Assembly: GCA_001804285.1 (NCBI GenBank)
Contig: MHFR01000042.1
Coordinates: 78,725 to 142,724, forward strand
DNA length: 64,000 nucleotides
Reading direction: 5' to 3'
Source: Candidatus Danuiimicrobium aquiferis
GTDB lineage: Bacteria > Omnitrophota > Omnitrophia > Omnitrophales > Danuiimicrobiaceae
Shown: positions 39,904 through 51,400 of the stretch, one piece after another
Numbering within the stretch: the stretch's first letter is position 1
How the letters are laid out: every line of letters starts with the position of its first letter
Notes under the pieces: model-generated
Told to the model about the DNA's origin: nothing
Databases searched by the model: none
The model's input: only the letters and a program-made list of their open reading frames with translations
Position numbers and translations under genes: made by a program

Positions 39904-41609
39904 TGAACCTTGGGATTTTCTACAGGTGCTTCCCACAACTGATAAAATTCAGGCTGATCACTGTAAATTGTTTCAAGTGCTTTCGTCAAAAAACCATTCG
40001 TGTAAGCATCAATATTTGCGGTGAGCTCATCAATCCGGAGGAGTGCGTTCATTCGTTCCGGAAAAGATTCTCGCGGCTCGAGGATAAATTCCAGCTGGTT
40101 TCGCCGGCGTTCGTAATAAAGCCGCGTGATTTCGCCGAGGAGATCGTTCCGGAGTTCCACCATCATTTTCTGGCGGGAATCGATGGACGTTTGTGCGGAA
40201 TTAAATAGCAAATCACCGACGTCCCATCCGAGATCAAAATCCCAACTTTCGTCAGTGTCGGCCGGGCCGAAGATAAATTTGTCGGCATCGCTGGTTCCGC
40301 CGCGGTCGAGATCGACATTGTTTGATGTCGAAAAACTTTTTCCGATTGAAAATGAAGGAATAAGAGCGCGAAGGCGCGACGTCCACTGCCAGCGTTTGAT
40401 TTTCCAGTTGCTCACATCAGCGTACAGGATCACTTCCTTCTGGACAGCCCGGACTGGCGGCTCTTCGCGCAGCAAATCATTTAATAAATTCCAGTGGCCG
40501 GGCGAAAAAATAACGGGATTTTCAGGATAAAAAACCTTCGGATCAATGGTGATGAAAAAAATACCATCGTCGGTTGCTGCGTAAAGGATTTCAGTCTGGT
40601 TTTTCCGTGCTAACATTAATTGCCGGGCGGCTGTGGCCGGCAGGCCTTCGTATAATTCTTTCCAGCCCCGGGATTTTTCATCGTAAAAGAAAACGCCTTT
40701 TTCTGTGCCTGCAATAACGGTTTTTGCTTTTGCCGAATAAACAAGATCGAGGACGTTTGTATTCAGAAGGCCTGTTTGCGGAAGGCTCTCCCAGTGATTT
40801 CCTTCGTCATCGCTTGTGAAAACTCCGCGCGTTGTACCGATGAAAATCCGGGAAAACGGATACGGTAAAATGAGAATTTTCTGAATTCGGAACGGATTTC
40901 GTGTTAGCGCTTCGTTCGATTCGCCGGAGCCGTTATTTTCCGTCTCTTCCATCGTTTCAATTTCCGTCAAATCAGAAAGAACCGATTGCGTGTAATAAAT
41001 GCGGTCTATTTGACGGCGGGAAGAAATATACCGGTAAAGTCCTTTTTCACTTGCAATAAACATTTCTTCGTTTTCAAAATCTGTTTTTAAATCCCAAACG
41101 ACTTCGCGCGAAAATTCATTTGTTTCTGCCGCCCAAGTTTTTCCGTTATCGTTACTTTTGAAAATGCCGCCGTGCGTGGCGAGATAAAAAATTTCAGGTG
41201 TTTTCGGGTCACGGCTGATGTTAATGGTGTTTTGATCGTTTGGATTCACGCCGTTAAAAATTTTTGTCCATTTTCCGCCGTTGTCTTCCGATATATAAAC
41301 GCCGTCTGAAGTGAGCAGAAAAAACCGGTTTTCCTGAATGACCAAATGATTCATTTGAAGCTCGGAAGCAAAGGCTGTCAGAGTTTTCCAGTTTTTTCCG
41401 GCGTCATCCGAGCGGTATAAATTTCCGCGCCATCCGATAAAAAGGCAATCCGGGTTTTCGGGGTGAGAAATAACAAAGTCGGTTTTTCCGTGTGCCGGCG
41501 ATTGGGATAAAATTTCCCAGCCTTGCGCGAATGCAAATTTGGTGTATACTCCGCAGATTAGGAGAAAGAGAAGAAAGCTAAAACGTGTTTTTTTGCCCAC
41601 AAATGTCAT
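39900..41609 (-). CDS. Secreted BNR/Asp-box repeat beta-propeller protein (start reassigned to 41609)
   Basis: Four S-x-D-x-G-x-x-W Asp-box repeats (SDDAGKNW, SEDNGGKW, SNDNGKTW, SDDEGNHW); signal peptide after the reassigned start; the upstream extension lies in a repeat. Confidence 0.6.
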   Translation of the reverse strand: MTFVGKKTRFSFLLFLLICGVYTKFAFAQGWEILSQSPAHGKTDFVISHPENPDCLFIGWRGNLYRSDDAGKNWKTLTAFASELQMNHLVIQENRFFLLTSDGVYISEDNGGKWTKIFNGVNPNDQNTINISRDPKTPEIFYLATHGGIFKSNDNGKTWAAETNEFSREVVWDLKTDFENEEMFIASEKGLYRYISSRRQIDRIYYTQSVLSDLTEIETMEETENNGSGESNEALTRNPFRIQKILILPYPFSRIFIGTTRGVFTSDDEGNHWESLPQTGLLNTNVLDLVYSAKAKTVIAGTEKGVFFYDEKSRGWKELYEGLPATAARQLMLARKNQTEILYAATDDGIFFITIDPKVFYPENPVIFSPGHWNLLNDLLREEPPVRAVQKEVILYADVSNWKIKRWQWTSRLRALIPSFSIGKSFSTSNNVDLDRGGTSDADKFIFGPADTDESWDFDLGWDVGDLLFNSAQTSIDSRQKMMVELRNDLLGEITRLYYERRRNQLEFILEPRESFPERMNALLRIDELTANIDAYTNGFLTKALETIYSDQPEFYQLWEAPVENPKVQ

Positions 41610-41673
41610 CCCCGAATGTTTTAGTCGGGGATCTATAGTTTGTGGATTCCCGCTTAAAGCATGCGGGAATGAC
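41605..41673. repeat. Paired-hairpin element at the 5' end of the BNR gene
   Basis: ATCCCCGA..TCGGGGAT and GATTCCCGC..GCGGGAATGAC. Confidence 0.8.
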
Positions 41674-41794
41674 AATAAAGAGGGAAAAAATCGAAATAGG
41701 TTGTTTTTTTTCATGTTGTTTAGATCTCCTTATAATTGATTTATGATCATAAAGTATATGATTTATAAGAATAATGTCAAGGGGGAAGTTTCAA

Positions 41795-41945
41795 GGATGA
41801 AATTCCAATGACCAAGCACACAATGACCAAGTACACAATGACCAAGCACACAATGACCAAGGAATTTCCAATATTTCAAAATCCAATTGGGAATTTATTT
41901 CTTTGGGATTTATTTGCGTCATTGGGTTTTGGGCATTGGTTATTC
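41795..41945. repeat. CAATGACC-family element upstream of ychF with a 4x tandem 13-bp subrepeat (CACAATGACCAAG)
   Basis: Direct subrepeats plus terminal GTCATTGGGTTTTGGGCATTGGTT. Confidence 0.75.
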
Positions 41946-41963
41946 TAATTTGAGGGAACCAAA

Positions 41964-43058
41964 ATGGGACTTAAAATCGGGATTGTCGGGCTTCCGAACG
42001 TCGGAAAATCAACCGTATTTAACGCGCTGACCAAGGCGGGCGCCGCGGTTGCGAATTATCCCTTTTGTACGATTGATCCAAACGTCGGCATTGTTCCGGT
42101 TCCGGACGCGCGGCTCAAGAAACTTGCCGACATGTATCATCCGAAAAAAGTAACGCCGACCGCGATCGAATTTGTTGATATTGCGGGGCTTGTGAAAGGC
42201 GCGTCTGAAGGGGAAGGATTGGGCAATCAGTTTCTCGGGACCATCAAAGAGGTTGATGCGGTTCTTTATGTGGTGCGGTGTTTTGAAGACGGAAATGTGA
42301 TTCACGTTTCCGGGAAAGTCGATCCGGAAAGCGATATCGGGATTATTCATACCGAACTTTGTTTGAAAGATTTGGATACGGTGACGACCCGCATTCAACG
42401 TCTTGAAAAAGTTTCGCGCACCGGAGATAAGGACGCGAAAACGCAGCTTGAGACACTCAAGAAAGCCGCCGAGCTGCTTGAAGCGGGGAACCCGATCCGG
42501 AGTGGCACGTGGACGAAAGAGGATGCGCCTGTTCTTCAGGAATTACAACTTCTGACGCAAAAGCCGGTGCTTTATTGTGCAAACGTCAAAGAATCCGAGC
42601 TGCCGAAAGGCGGGCCGTTCGTGGATGTCGTGAGAGCGATTGCTACGAAAGAAAATTCAGAAGTGGTTGTGATTTCAGGGAAAGTCGAAGCGGAAGTTGC
42701 GGAGCTTCCCGAAGACGAAGCGATTTTATATTTGAAAGAATTGGGGCTTGAAGAGCCGGGACTTAATCAATTAATTCGCGCCGGTTATAAATTGCTCGGA
42801 CTGATTACATTTCTAACGGCCGGTGAACCGGAAGTTCGCGCCTGGACGGTTAAGAAAGGGTCCACTGCGCCGCAAGCGGCTGGTGTCATTCACTCGGATT
42901 TTGAGCGTGGGTTTATCCGCGCGGAAATTATGCGCTACGACGACCTCATGGAACTCGGCAGCCAGCACGCCGTGAAGGAAAAAGGCCTCTATCGTCTCGA
43001 AGGCAAAGAATACATTATGCAGGACGGCGATGTGGTGTATTTTCGGTTTAATGTGTGA
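41964..43058 (+). CDS. ychF: Ribosome-binding ATPase YchF (Obg-family GTPase)
   Basis: G1 GLPNVGKST; TGS-like C-terminal domain; full length. Confidence 0.9.
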   Translation: MGLKIGIVGLPNVGKSTVFNALTKAGAAVANYPFCTIDPNVGIVPVPDARLKKLADMYHPKKVTPTAIEFVDIAGLVKGASEGEGLGNQFLGTIKEVDAVLYVVRCFEDGNVIHVSGKVDPESDIGIIHTELCLKDLDTVTTRIQRLEKVSRTGDKDAKTQLETLKKAAELLEAGNPIRSGTWTKEDAPVLQELQLLTQKPVLYCANVKESELPKGGPFVDVVRAIATKENSEVVVISGKVEAEVAELPEDEAILYLKELGLEEPGLNQLIRAGYKLLGLITFLTAGEPEVRAWTVKKGSTAPQAAGVIHSDFERGFIRAEIMRYDDLMELGSQHAVKEKGLYRLEGKEYIMQDGDVVYFRFNV

Positions 43059-43150
43059 TGTGTTGAGATATTGAATTCGTTGTTCCTCTTCGCTTTCTTG
43101 CGTGCGCCGATTTTAGCCCAACCGGCTAAACAAAATCGGTGTACTCAGCC

Positions 43151-43186
43151 TATACCAATAAGCTTCGAGCGGAAGCTTATTGGTAT
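43151..43186. terminator. Perfect hairpin downstream of ychF
   Basis: ATACCAATAAGCTTC gagc GGAAGCTTATTGGTAT (15-bp stem); no strong T tract, so a weaker terminator call. Confidence 0.45.
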
Positions 43187-43395
43187 AAAGGCGCTCCGAG
43201 AAACAACGAGTTCAATATTTTATATATTTTGTTAAGAGAAAATCTCTGGGAGTTGTTCGCCGCGAGTTTGGCGAGCCAAATTTTCAAATTATTTTGGCGA
43301 GACACTGTCCGAGCGCCGAGCAACTCCCAGAGATAAATCACTTTTGACTTATTATCAAACCTGCTACAATACGCCATTAACAAGGAGCAGAGCGT

Positions 43396-44037
43396 ATGTT
43401 TCGAACCATCATTGAAGATTATAAAGTCGTATTTAAACGTGATCCGGCCGCGCGTACGATTCTCGGCTGGCTTGAAGTCCTGCTGCTTTATTCCGGATTT
43501 CACGCGATTTTCTGGCACCGAATCAATCATTTTCTCCACAGCAAACTCCATATCCCATTTTTCCCGCGCTTGATCGCGCAATTAGTCCGCTGGTTTACCG
43601 GTATTGAAATTCATCCGGGCGCTGAGCTCGGTCCCGGCTTTTTCATTGATCACGGAATGGGCGTGGTGATCGGCGAGACGACGGTTACCGGAAAAAATGT
43701 GATTCTGTATCAAGGCGCCACACTCGGCGGAACGGGATCAGAACGCGGCAAACGTCATCCGACGCTCGGTGACAATGTGGTGGTCGGTGCTGGCGGGAAG
43801 GTGCTTGGGAATATTACCATCGGAAACAATGTAAAAATCGGTGCCGGATCAGTGGTGATTCATCCCGTACCGGATAACGCGACGGTGGTGGGCGTTCCCG
43901 GTGAAATTGTTCGGGTGAACGGAAAGAAAGTGAGCGACACCGGCATGCTTGATCACGGCGACCTTCCGGATCCGGTACTCGAATTGAAAGAGAAGCTGGA
44001 GAAGCTCGAGAAAGAAATCGAAAGATTAAGAAAATAA
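43396..44037 (+). CDS. cysE: Serine O-acetyltransferase with short C-terminal coiled-coil tail
   Basis: SAT N-terminal motif plus hexapeptide repeats; C-terminal [18 protein letters not shown]. Confidence 0.8.
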   Translation: MFRTIIEDYKVVFKRDPAARTILGWLEVLLLYSGFHAIFWHRINHFLHSKLHIPFFPRLIAQLVRWFTGIEIHPGAELGPGFFIDHGMGVVIGETTVTGKNVILYQGATLGGTGSERGKRHPTLGDNVVVGAGGKVLGNITIGNNVKIGAGSVVIHPVPDNATVVGVPGEIVRVNGKKVSDTGMLDHGDLPDPVLELKEKLEKLEKEIERLRK

Positions 44038-44160
44038 ACTGAAAATCCCAATGTCCAAATCCACAATGACCAAAAAAATCCCAAGAAAATCAAATATCCA
44101 ATTGGACTTTGGACATTGGGAGTTATTTGCGTCATTGTGTGCTTGGCCATTGGTCATTTA
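44038..44160. repeat. CAATGACC-family element between cysE and rnhA
   Basis: AATCCCAATGTCCAAATCCACAATGACCAAA ... GCGTCATTGTGTGCTTGGCCATTGGTCATTT. Confidence 0.75.
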
Positions 44161-44178
44161 ATTCACACGTTTAGCATT

Positions 44179-44595
44179 ATGCGTTTCAAACTCTACACAG
44201 ACGGCGGGGCACGGGGAAATCCGGGGCCGGCAGCGATTGGCATTTACCTTTGTCATCTCGATGGTGAGGTGGTGCTTGAGCACGGTGAAACGATCGGTGT
44301 TGCCACGAATAACGTTGCGGAATACCGCGCTTTAATTGAAGGCCTTAAACGCGCGAGAGATTTGGACGCGAAATCCCTCGAATGTTTTCTCGATAGCGAG
44401 CTTGTGGTTAAACAACTCCAGGGTGAATATCAGATCAAAAATTTTCAACTTCAAAAACTGTTTGATGAAGTGCGAAGGGCCGAAGTCAGTTTTGAATATG
44501 TTTCCTATACGCATTTACCGCGGGAAAATGAAAACATGCGCAGGGCGGACCAATTAGTTAATTACGCGCTCGACTACGAACAGGGACGGGCCTAG
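44179..44595 (+). CDS. rnhA: Ribonuclease HI (start at MRFKLYTDGG)
   Basis: YTDGGARGNPGPAA active-site motif; the track ORF 5'-extension lies in a repeat. Confidence 0.8.
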   Translation: MRFKLYTDGGARGNPGPAAIGIYLCHLDGEVVLEHGETIGVATNNVAEYRALIEGLKRARDLDAKSLECFLDSELVVKQLQGEYQIKNFQLQKLFDEVRRAEVSFEYVSYTHLPRENENMRRADQLVNYALDYEQGRA

Positions 44596-44632
44596 GCCCG
44601 TCCCCAAAATCGAACTAAATAGAGAGGTAAAC

Positions 44633-44986
44633 ATGACATTGTTTCTAACCGTACTTATTTGTCTTATTGCCGGTTTGGCGAGCTCACTTCTCGGAATCGG
44701 CGGCGGAGCGATTCTGGTGCCGCTATTTCATTATTTGCTTAAAATGGATATGCATCTTGCCATCGGTACATCCCTTGCGGTCATTATACCAACGACACTT
44801 GCCGGAACCTTTCAACACATCGTGGCAAAAAACGTGGATTGGCGCGTTTTTGCCATTGCGTCCGTCTGCGCTATTATCGGCGCGATCATCGGGGCTAATC
44901 TTTGTATGAAGATTGACGCTCAGATGTTGAAAAAGATTTTTGCGGTTTTTATCCTCCTGATAGCCATCCGGATGCTGATACAGTAG
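44633..44986 (+). CDS. TSUP (TauE/SafE, DUF81) half-size membrane transporter
   Basis: 4-TM protein with GIGGGAILVP motif. Confidence 0.55.
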   Translation: MTLFLTVLICLIAGLASSLLGIGGGAILVPLFHYLLKMDMHLAIGTSLAVIIPTTLAGTFQHIVAKNVDWRVFAIASVCAIIGAIIGANLCMKIDAQMLKKIFAVFILLIAIRMLIQ

Positions 44987-45061
44987 GGTTCTATTCCCCT
45001 TCAATCTCCTTATAAAAAGTATCTGTTTAGCGTTCTGAAGTGGCGAACACGCCAGGTTCGT

Positions 45062-45125
45062 GTCATGCCCGCATGCTTAAGGCGGGCATCCACAGTTTCT
45101 GGATTCCCGCTTTCGCGGGAATGAC
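45062..45125. repeat. Paired-hairpin element downstream of the TSUP gene
   Basis: GTCATGCCCGC..GCGGGCATCC and GATTCCCGC tttc GCGGGAATGAC. Confidence 0.8.
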
Positions 45126-45139
45126 AAAAAAACAGATGC

Positions 45140-45406
45140 TCTTTTACAGATAATCGCTTCAAAGCGCTAAACAAATACTATAAAAACGCCTAAAAATTGT
45201 ATCTTATTAAATACATTTATAATACATAAAGCACATTTCTAAACAAATGTAAGCTATTTATATATACGTATGTAATAAATATAGTATTCTTTGAAAATAC
45301 CTTTCTAAATTACTTGAAAAACTTAAACTCAGCGTGTATACTTCAAACTGATTCGAACATTCCATGGTATTCCCAAAAATCCGCAGTACTGGAATGTTAG
45401 GGGAAC
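45140..45406 (+). promoter_or_regulatory. AT-rich leader/promoter region of the giant ORF, ending in RBS AGGGGAAC before ATG 45407
   Basis: Local AT richness distinct from surrounding DNA; immediately follows a paired-hairpin element. Confidence 0.4.
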
Positions 45407-48400
45407 ATGAGGGGAAAATCCAGAATACTTAGATCGATAGCAGCGGTGACCGTATTCTTTTTTTTCTGGAATACCGCTACAGCGTACAGCTTGCCGGTTC
45501 TCGGACTTTTGCCGGCCAAGTTAGGCACCGTCCAATCCACACCTGAGCATATTCCGTCACAATCAACCGACAAAACAGTTCTGCTTTTATTAAATGCTCA
45601 TACTTCAAGTGACGCACAAAAAAACATCGCCGAAATGCTGGAGTTCTTTCAGGCTCAAGGCATTGACCTGATTGGCTTAGAAGGCGCGGATGATCGGATC
45701 GACGGTGAGATATTCCGCAGGTTCCCGCATAAAGAGTCGCTTGCGAAAGCCGCTTGGCAGATGGTAAAAGACGGAAAGCTGACCGGAGCGGAATACTTTT
45801 ACGTTACAGCGGAAAAAATACCGGCATTTTACGGGATCGAAGACAAAGCGCTTTATCACGAAAATAAAAATGCATTTGTCGCGACTACCCAATTGCGTGA
45901 AAAACTTGCCGTAACTTTAGAAAAGGTTTCAAACGCCGCCGCCGAACTCAAAAACAAAATTTACTCCAAAAAACTCAAGAATTTCGATTCCCTTGTCACA
46001 CGCCATAAAAATCAGGACACAAGCTTCCTCGATTACTTTTCACAATTAAACGAAGCCTCCGACGATGCGGATATCGCGATTCCGACTTATCCGAATGTTT
46101 ACGCCTTATCAAAAGCAGTTGAAAAGGAAAAAACCCTCAATCAGAAAAAAGTTGCCAAAGATATCGAAAAAATCAAGAAAACCCTCCCGAAAGACGCAAT
46201 CCGGGAAGATATTTTTTCAATGGCCGGTAAAAACGATCTTGAATCTCGGAATAAAGATGAAAATGAAGATGTTTTATATATATATAAGAAGCTCTACACG
46301 TATTTTTCGGGGTTGGTTAATCCAAACGTAGGGGCGGGGTCATCCCGCCCGTTTGAGAAGGGCGCGGAGACCGCGCCCCTACAATTGAATGATTTCAAAC
46401 ATTTTAAGCGTTACTACGAATGGCTTGAAGCCGTTACGGCAGTCAAGCAGGCATCTCTTTTCGAAGAATTAGATGCGCTTGTGGTGCAAATTTACAGCCG
46501 GATCGCAAAATCGGATAAAGAGAAAACGCTGCTTGAAATCAACCGTTCTTTTGAGACATTTCAACAGAAACTTGCAATTCAATTGACGCAAAAAGATTGG
46601 GCGAGGGTGAAGGCTATAAAGGTGCCTGGCACGTTTTTTGTGCCTGGCACCTTTTCCGAACTCGGCGACCGTGCTCCTCAAATTTCACCGGAAGAACTCT
46701 TATTGATCGAACAGGCGAATGCACAGGCCTCCCAATTTTATGAAGTTGCCGAAAAACGAAACGTAATTTTCACAGATAAAATTATCAACCAGATGGAGAC
46801 ATCACAGAAAAACGTTTCCGTTGTTGTGGTCGGCGGTTTCCACGAAGCCGGCCTCAGAGCAGCGCTCGAAGCAAAAGGCGTTCATACGGCCGTGATTACG
46901 CCGAAAATGAAAGATGCGATTTCTGACATTCCGTATATAGAACGAATGACGGGAAAGCCCACCCAGCTTGAAAAAATCATTACCGAAGCCATGAGCGCGC
47001 TCGAACGTGAAATCGTGATTTCCGGAAACGCACCGGACGAGATGCGGCGAAATGCTGCAGTGGAACTTGTAACGGCTTCCGTGCTTGAGCGGTTGTGGAA
47101 TACGGATCCGGCACGCCGGGAACAGGTTGCCGATGAATTGAGTCGATCGATTTCCAGAATAATTCCGGGCGTTCAACTTGGTTTGCAGAAACCGGTTATC
47201 CCGGATGATTGCGAAGGTTCGGAAAAGTGTTTGCAAATTCCCGTTGTAATCAACGGAAAACAAATCGGCTTGTCCTTAAAACAGAATGGCGCGTCGAAAA
47301 CGTTTAGCATAGAGCGGGCAAAAGCCGGGGCGCTTCATGAATCGCCCGTACAACAACCATCCGAAGGGGCAATTTATGAATTGCCCGTACCGGTGAATGA
47401 GAATCCAATATTTCCCGGCGCAAAGCGATCTTTGTTCGCTGGTCACCTTGGTGCTGCAGCGGCAGTTGTCATTTCCCGTTCGGAAGTGCGGACCGTTACA
47501 GTTACCAGAGAAGAAAATGTTACGACGATTACGTTTGATGACGGAACGACAGTTTCTGATAGCAATGCGCAAAAATTAGCGGAAAAACTCAAAGCGGTAC
47601 TTCCTGAAAATCTGAGGACAGGAGTTTTAGAGGGAACCGATAAAGCAGCACAGATTTATGTTGTCTCGGGGTCGCGTGGGCGGGATATATACATATGGAA
47701 TACGGATGAACTTCAAACTGCTTTAAATGAATTATTAACTTCCAAATCCGCAACGCCACAGTTTCCGGCAGCAGCATCTCCGGTTATTGAGGCTCGCTCA
47801 GAACACCGTGTTGCTAAAATATTGACTGTGGTGGGTGTTATGGCGGGAGCGATTGCTTCTTACATAATTCCTAATCAAGCGATTCATTTGATCCAGCAAT
47901 ATAATGCGGATATATTTAAATGGGGTTTGATCAGTGTGGCCGGAACTCTTGTTGGGGGTGCGGTCATAGGATTGCTTTGGCATGAAGAAAGAGCGTGGCG
48001 CCAGGCCGCCGCGAAAACGCGCAACATAACAGATCGTTCCAGTGCTGATCAAGAGAAAGCCCAACGCTCCGAAGTGCGGATGAACGCTGATTTTGATGAT
48101 TTGTTCGGTACAAATTTATTTTCGTCAAGGTTGTCATTGGTGTTTGGGGTAATCCTTGTTGTCGGTATCGGCATCGGTATTGCTGTGAATCGGCATGAAC
48201 GTGGGAATACTCCTTTTCCAACCACTATGCCGGCAGAAAGTGCGCCCTCAAGTAATATTCAACCAGCCACCTGGCCAGCGGCGCGCTCCGAAGTGCGGAC
48301 GCAAAGATCGCCGGAGGAACTTTTAAACTTGTATGGAAGATTTGCGCGTGAATTTGCACAAAGAGCCGCGCCGTATCCCATAGATGAAGTCGGAATTTTT

Positions 48401-51400
48401 CACGTCATTAATTGTTTGAGAAAAATCCCCCGCGATACGAGTGACCGGGAAGGAATGGCGGATCCAAGACTATCAAAACCAATCGCTTATGCTATCGTGA
48501 AGCAAGCCCAGCAAGATGATGCTGAATCGAAAGCGTTGGCCGACCGATTACATATTCCTAAGATCAACCCATTGTATCTCGCGGCATTTGAACAATACTG
48601 GAAATATTTAACTACGCGACAGCCTCCCGTCAGTGACATAAGCCAAACTCTCGGAGTCCCCGTGACCTCCTGGCGGTTTGTGAAAGCGCTTCCGAAAGAT
48701 TCCGGCGAACTCAAAATTGTTCTGGATTATTTTCTGCAAATGCTGCGGAAAACCAAAGCGCAATTAGACCGGTCCCATGAAAGCATGATGGGCGATTCAA
48801 CGATAGTGGATGACATTTTAGGCGGAAGCACAATTCCAAACGGCGAACAGGTCGAAGCGATCAGAATGAGTTATGGCGACGAAGCTGTCGAACCGACGTT
48901 GAGGGAACAAGTTAAAGAATTATTATCGAAAGTGCCCGCACCGCAAGCCCGGCCCAAAGACCTGCAAAAAATTTCATTTGAGAAAATTCGTAAAGATCCG
49001 ACAAATGTGGAGAACTGGGAAACGCTGATCGCGGAATTTAATAAAGCGTTTGTTTATTTGCAGGGTTCTATCAATAAGGAAGCCGACGAGATTCGGAAAG
49101 ATGTAAAAAAGCTACGTGCCGAACCCGGCATGCGGGCATGGCTCGTCAACGGTTTTAAAATCAAGAATTTAATTAGAAAAATTGACCAGGGATACAGAAC
49201 CATCCAGTTTTATTCGGATATTAGCGCGCAGCTAAGCCAGTTGAGAATTCTTGCCCAGGCGGTCCATGACGCCAAGGCGAGTCCGCAAAAATTGAGAGCT
49301 TCTCCCAAGACGGGAAGCGGTCGTTCGGAAGTGCGTGGGTCCTTGAGAGAACGGATGAAAGGTTTTTGGAATGAATTTTCACCGGCTCAACAGCATATTC
49401 TCCGCCGTCAAGCTGGGACCTTGCTATTTATTATCGGAGTTGTCGGAATTGCAGTGGGGTCTGCTTTATTTGAACGCAAATCATCGCCGCCGACGACAGC
49501 TCCTTCTCCTACAAGTCAAAGATCAGAAATACGGACAACGCCAAGCACAGAGGAATTACTTCGGATTTCCGAATATATGAGGTTTAAGGATTGGCAAATT
49601 ATTTACAAGGCCGGATCCGGCCATCCGGGCGGAACTCTTTCCGCGACAGAAATTCTGGCAACGCTTTATTCCGACAGGGAGTTGCTTCGTATCGACCCAG
49701 TGCGGGACAGAAATACAGACTATACAAAACGTTGGAAAAACCGTGACCGGCTTGTGCTGTCTAAAGCACACGTCGTTCCGATTCAATATGTGGCTTTGTA
49801 TCTTTCCGGACTTTTGACGCGCGAGGAGATTGAAGCTTTACGTCAAGATTCCCAAGGACTTGCTCAAGGGCACGCGACAATGACGACGTCCGGTATTGAT
49901 CTTTCGGGAGGCGTACTCGGTTACGGGGCTCCGGCAGCGATGGGAATGGCGGTAGCGGCAAAAATGGACGGCCGCGATTATCATACCTTCACGCTGATCG
50001 GCGACGGTGAAATGCAAAAAGGTCCGATGTTCGAAATGATGCAAATCGCTCCGCAGCTCGGCCTCGATAATTTTACGGCGATCGTGGATTACAACCAGTA
50101 TCAGCAGAATCGCGCCAGCACCGGTTACACGGCCTTTGATTATGACAAGATGTCGAGTGTGTGGGAACTCGCCGGATGGAATGTCATCAAAGTGGACGGA
50201 GAAGATTTCAAAGACAACGCCCGTTATATTGAAGAATTGCGGAAAGGTCTTCGCGATTCCAAGAAAATGAAAAACAGCAAACCGACGGTTGTGATGGTGA
50301 AGTCCATCAAAGGCCGCGGCATTTCGGTCGCAGAAAATTTATTCCGCGCCGGCAATACAAAATTTCATGGTAGCGCTCCGAATGCACAGCAATATGAAGA
50401 AGGCGTGCGGGAAATCGCACCCCGGCTCGGCGTGAGTGTTGAGGACAGAAATCTGGCAGATATTGAAAATGATTTAGAAACAATCGGCGACGAACTGCGG
50501 GGAAAATTCCATGACAAATGGCAGATTAGGCAAGGCGGCTTTTTTGGAATCGATCAGAGGAATGACACGTCAGCAGCCCTTGCTTACCGGGAACGGGCGG
50601 CAAAGGTTGGCCAGATTCAACCCAAAGCATACAAACCCGGAGAGGAAGTCGCGACGCGTGTCGCCGCCGGAGACAAACTTCTTTATGAGGCAAGCAGAGA
50701 TCCTTCCCTTGTGTTTGTGAGTCCTTCTGATTTACAGGATTCCGTCAATTTCAAACCGATTGCGAAAGTATTAGGCGAATTTGGTTCACCGGACAAAATA
50801 GGTGACTTTGGTCCCAAAAGTCCGCAAGGCAGATTAGTCACTATCGGAATTATGGAAGACGGCGGCGTGGCTTTGTCGGTTGGAATTTCGGCTGCAGGAT
50901 TAGGATTTAAACCTTTTGTCGGAACGTTTGATCGTTTCGTCGACATTATGCTGACCACCGTTGAAATGGCTGCGCTTAACAGAATTCCTGTTGGAATTGT
51001 CGGCACTCACGCGGGTTCCGAAACCGGGCCTGATGGCGGCGGAAATTTTTCCATTAAAACACCGGCGTTGATAGGCGCTATTGCAGATCACGGACAGGAT
51101 ATGGCGATGTTCGAGCCTGCGGATGCTCCGGGAACCGTGATGGCGGTTGATCAAATGATTACTACTTTAACATCCGGCATGCCGGCTTATTTAAGAGCCA
51201 GCCGTTCTCCGCGGCTCGTGAGAGATCGCGCAATGGCTGTTCGAGATGAAGGAGAAAATGGATTTATTGTTTGGAAATATGCCCTGAATCCCAAAATTAT
51301 TTTAGTCGCAAGCGGTGCGACAGTGACCAATACCATTAAAGCAACCGAGCTGTTGGAATCTCAAGGGATACCTGTCAGTGTTATCGAAATTACGTCGGTG

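Noticed and set aside
41815-41870. Possible CRISPR-like array (4x CACAATGACCAAG)
   Set aside because: The 13-bp units are directly abutting with no spacers, and they are part of the CAATGACC intergenic repeat family. No cas genes are nearby.
44583-44606. Hairpin GGGACGGGCCTAGGCCCGTCCCC at the end of rnhA as a terminator
   Set aside because: The stem is good and the stop codon TAG sits in the loop, but no T tract follows and the next gene starts 30 nt later on the same strand. It is more likely a read-through structure than a terminator.
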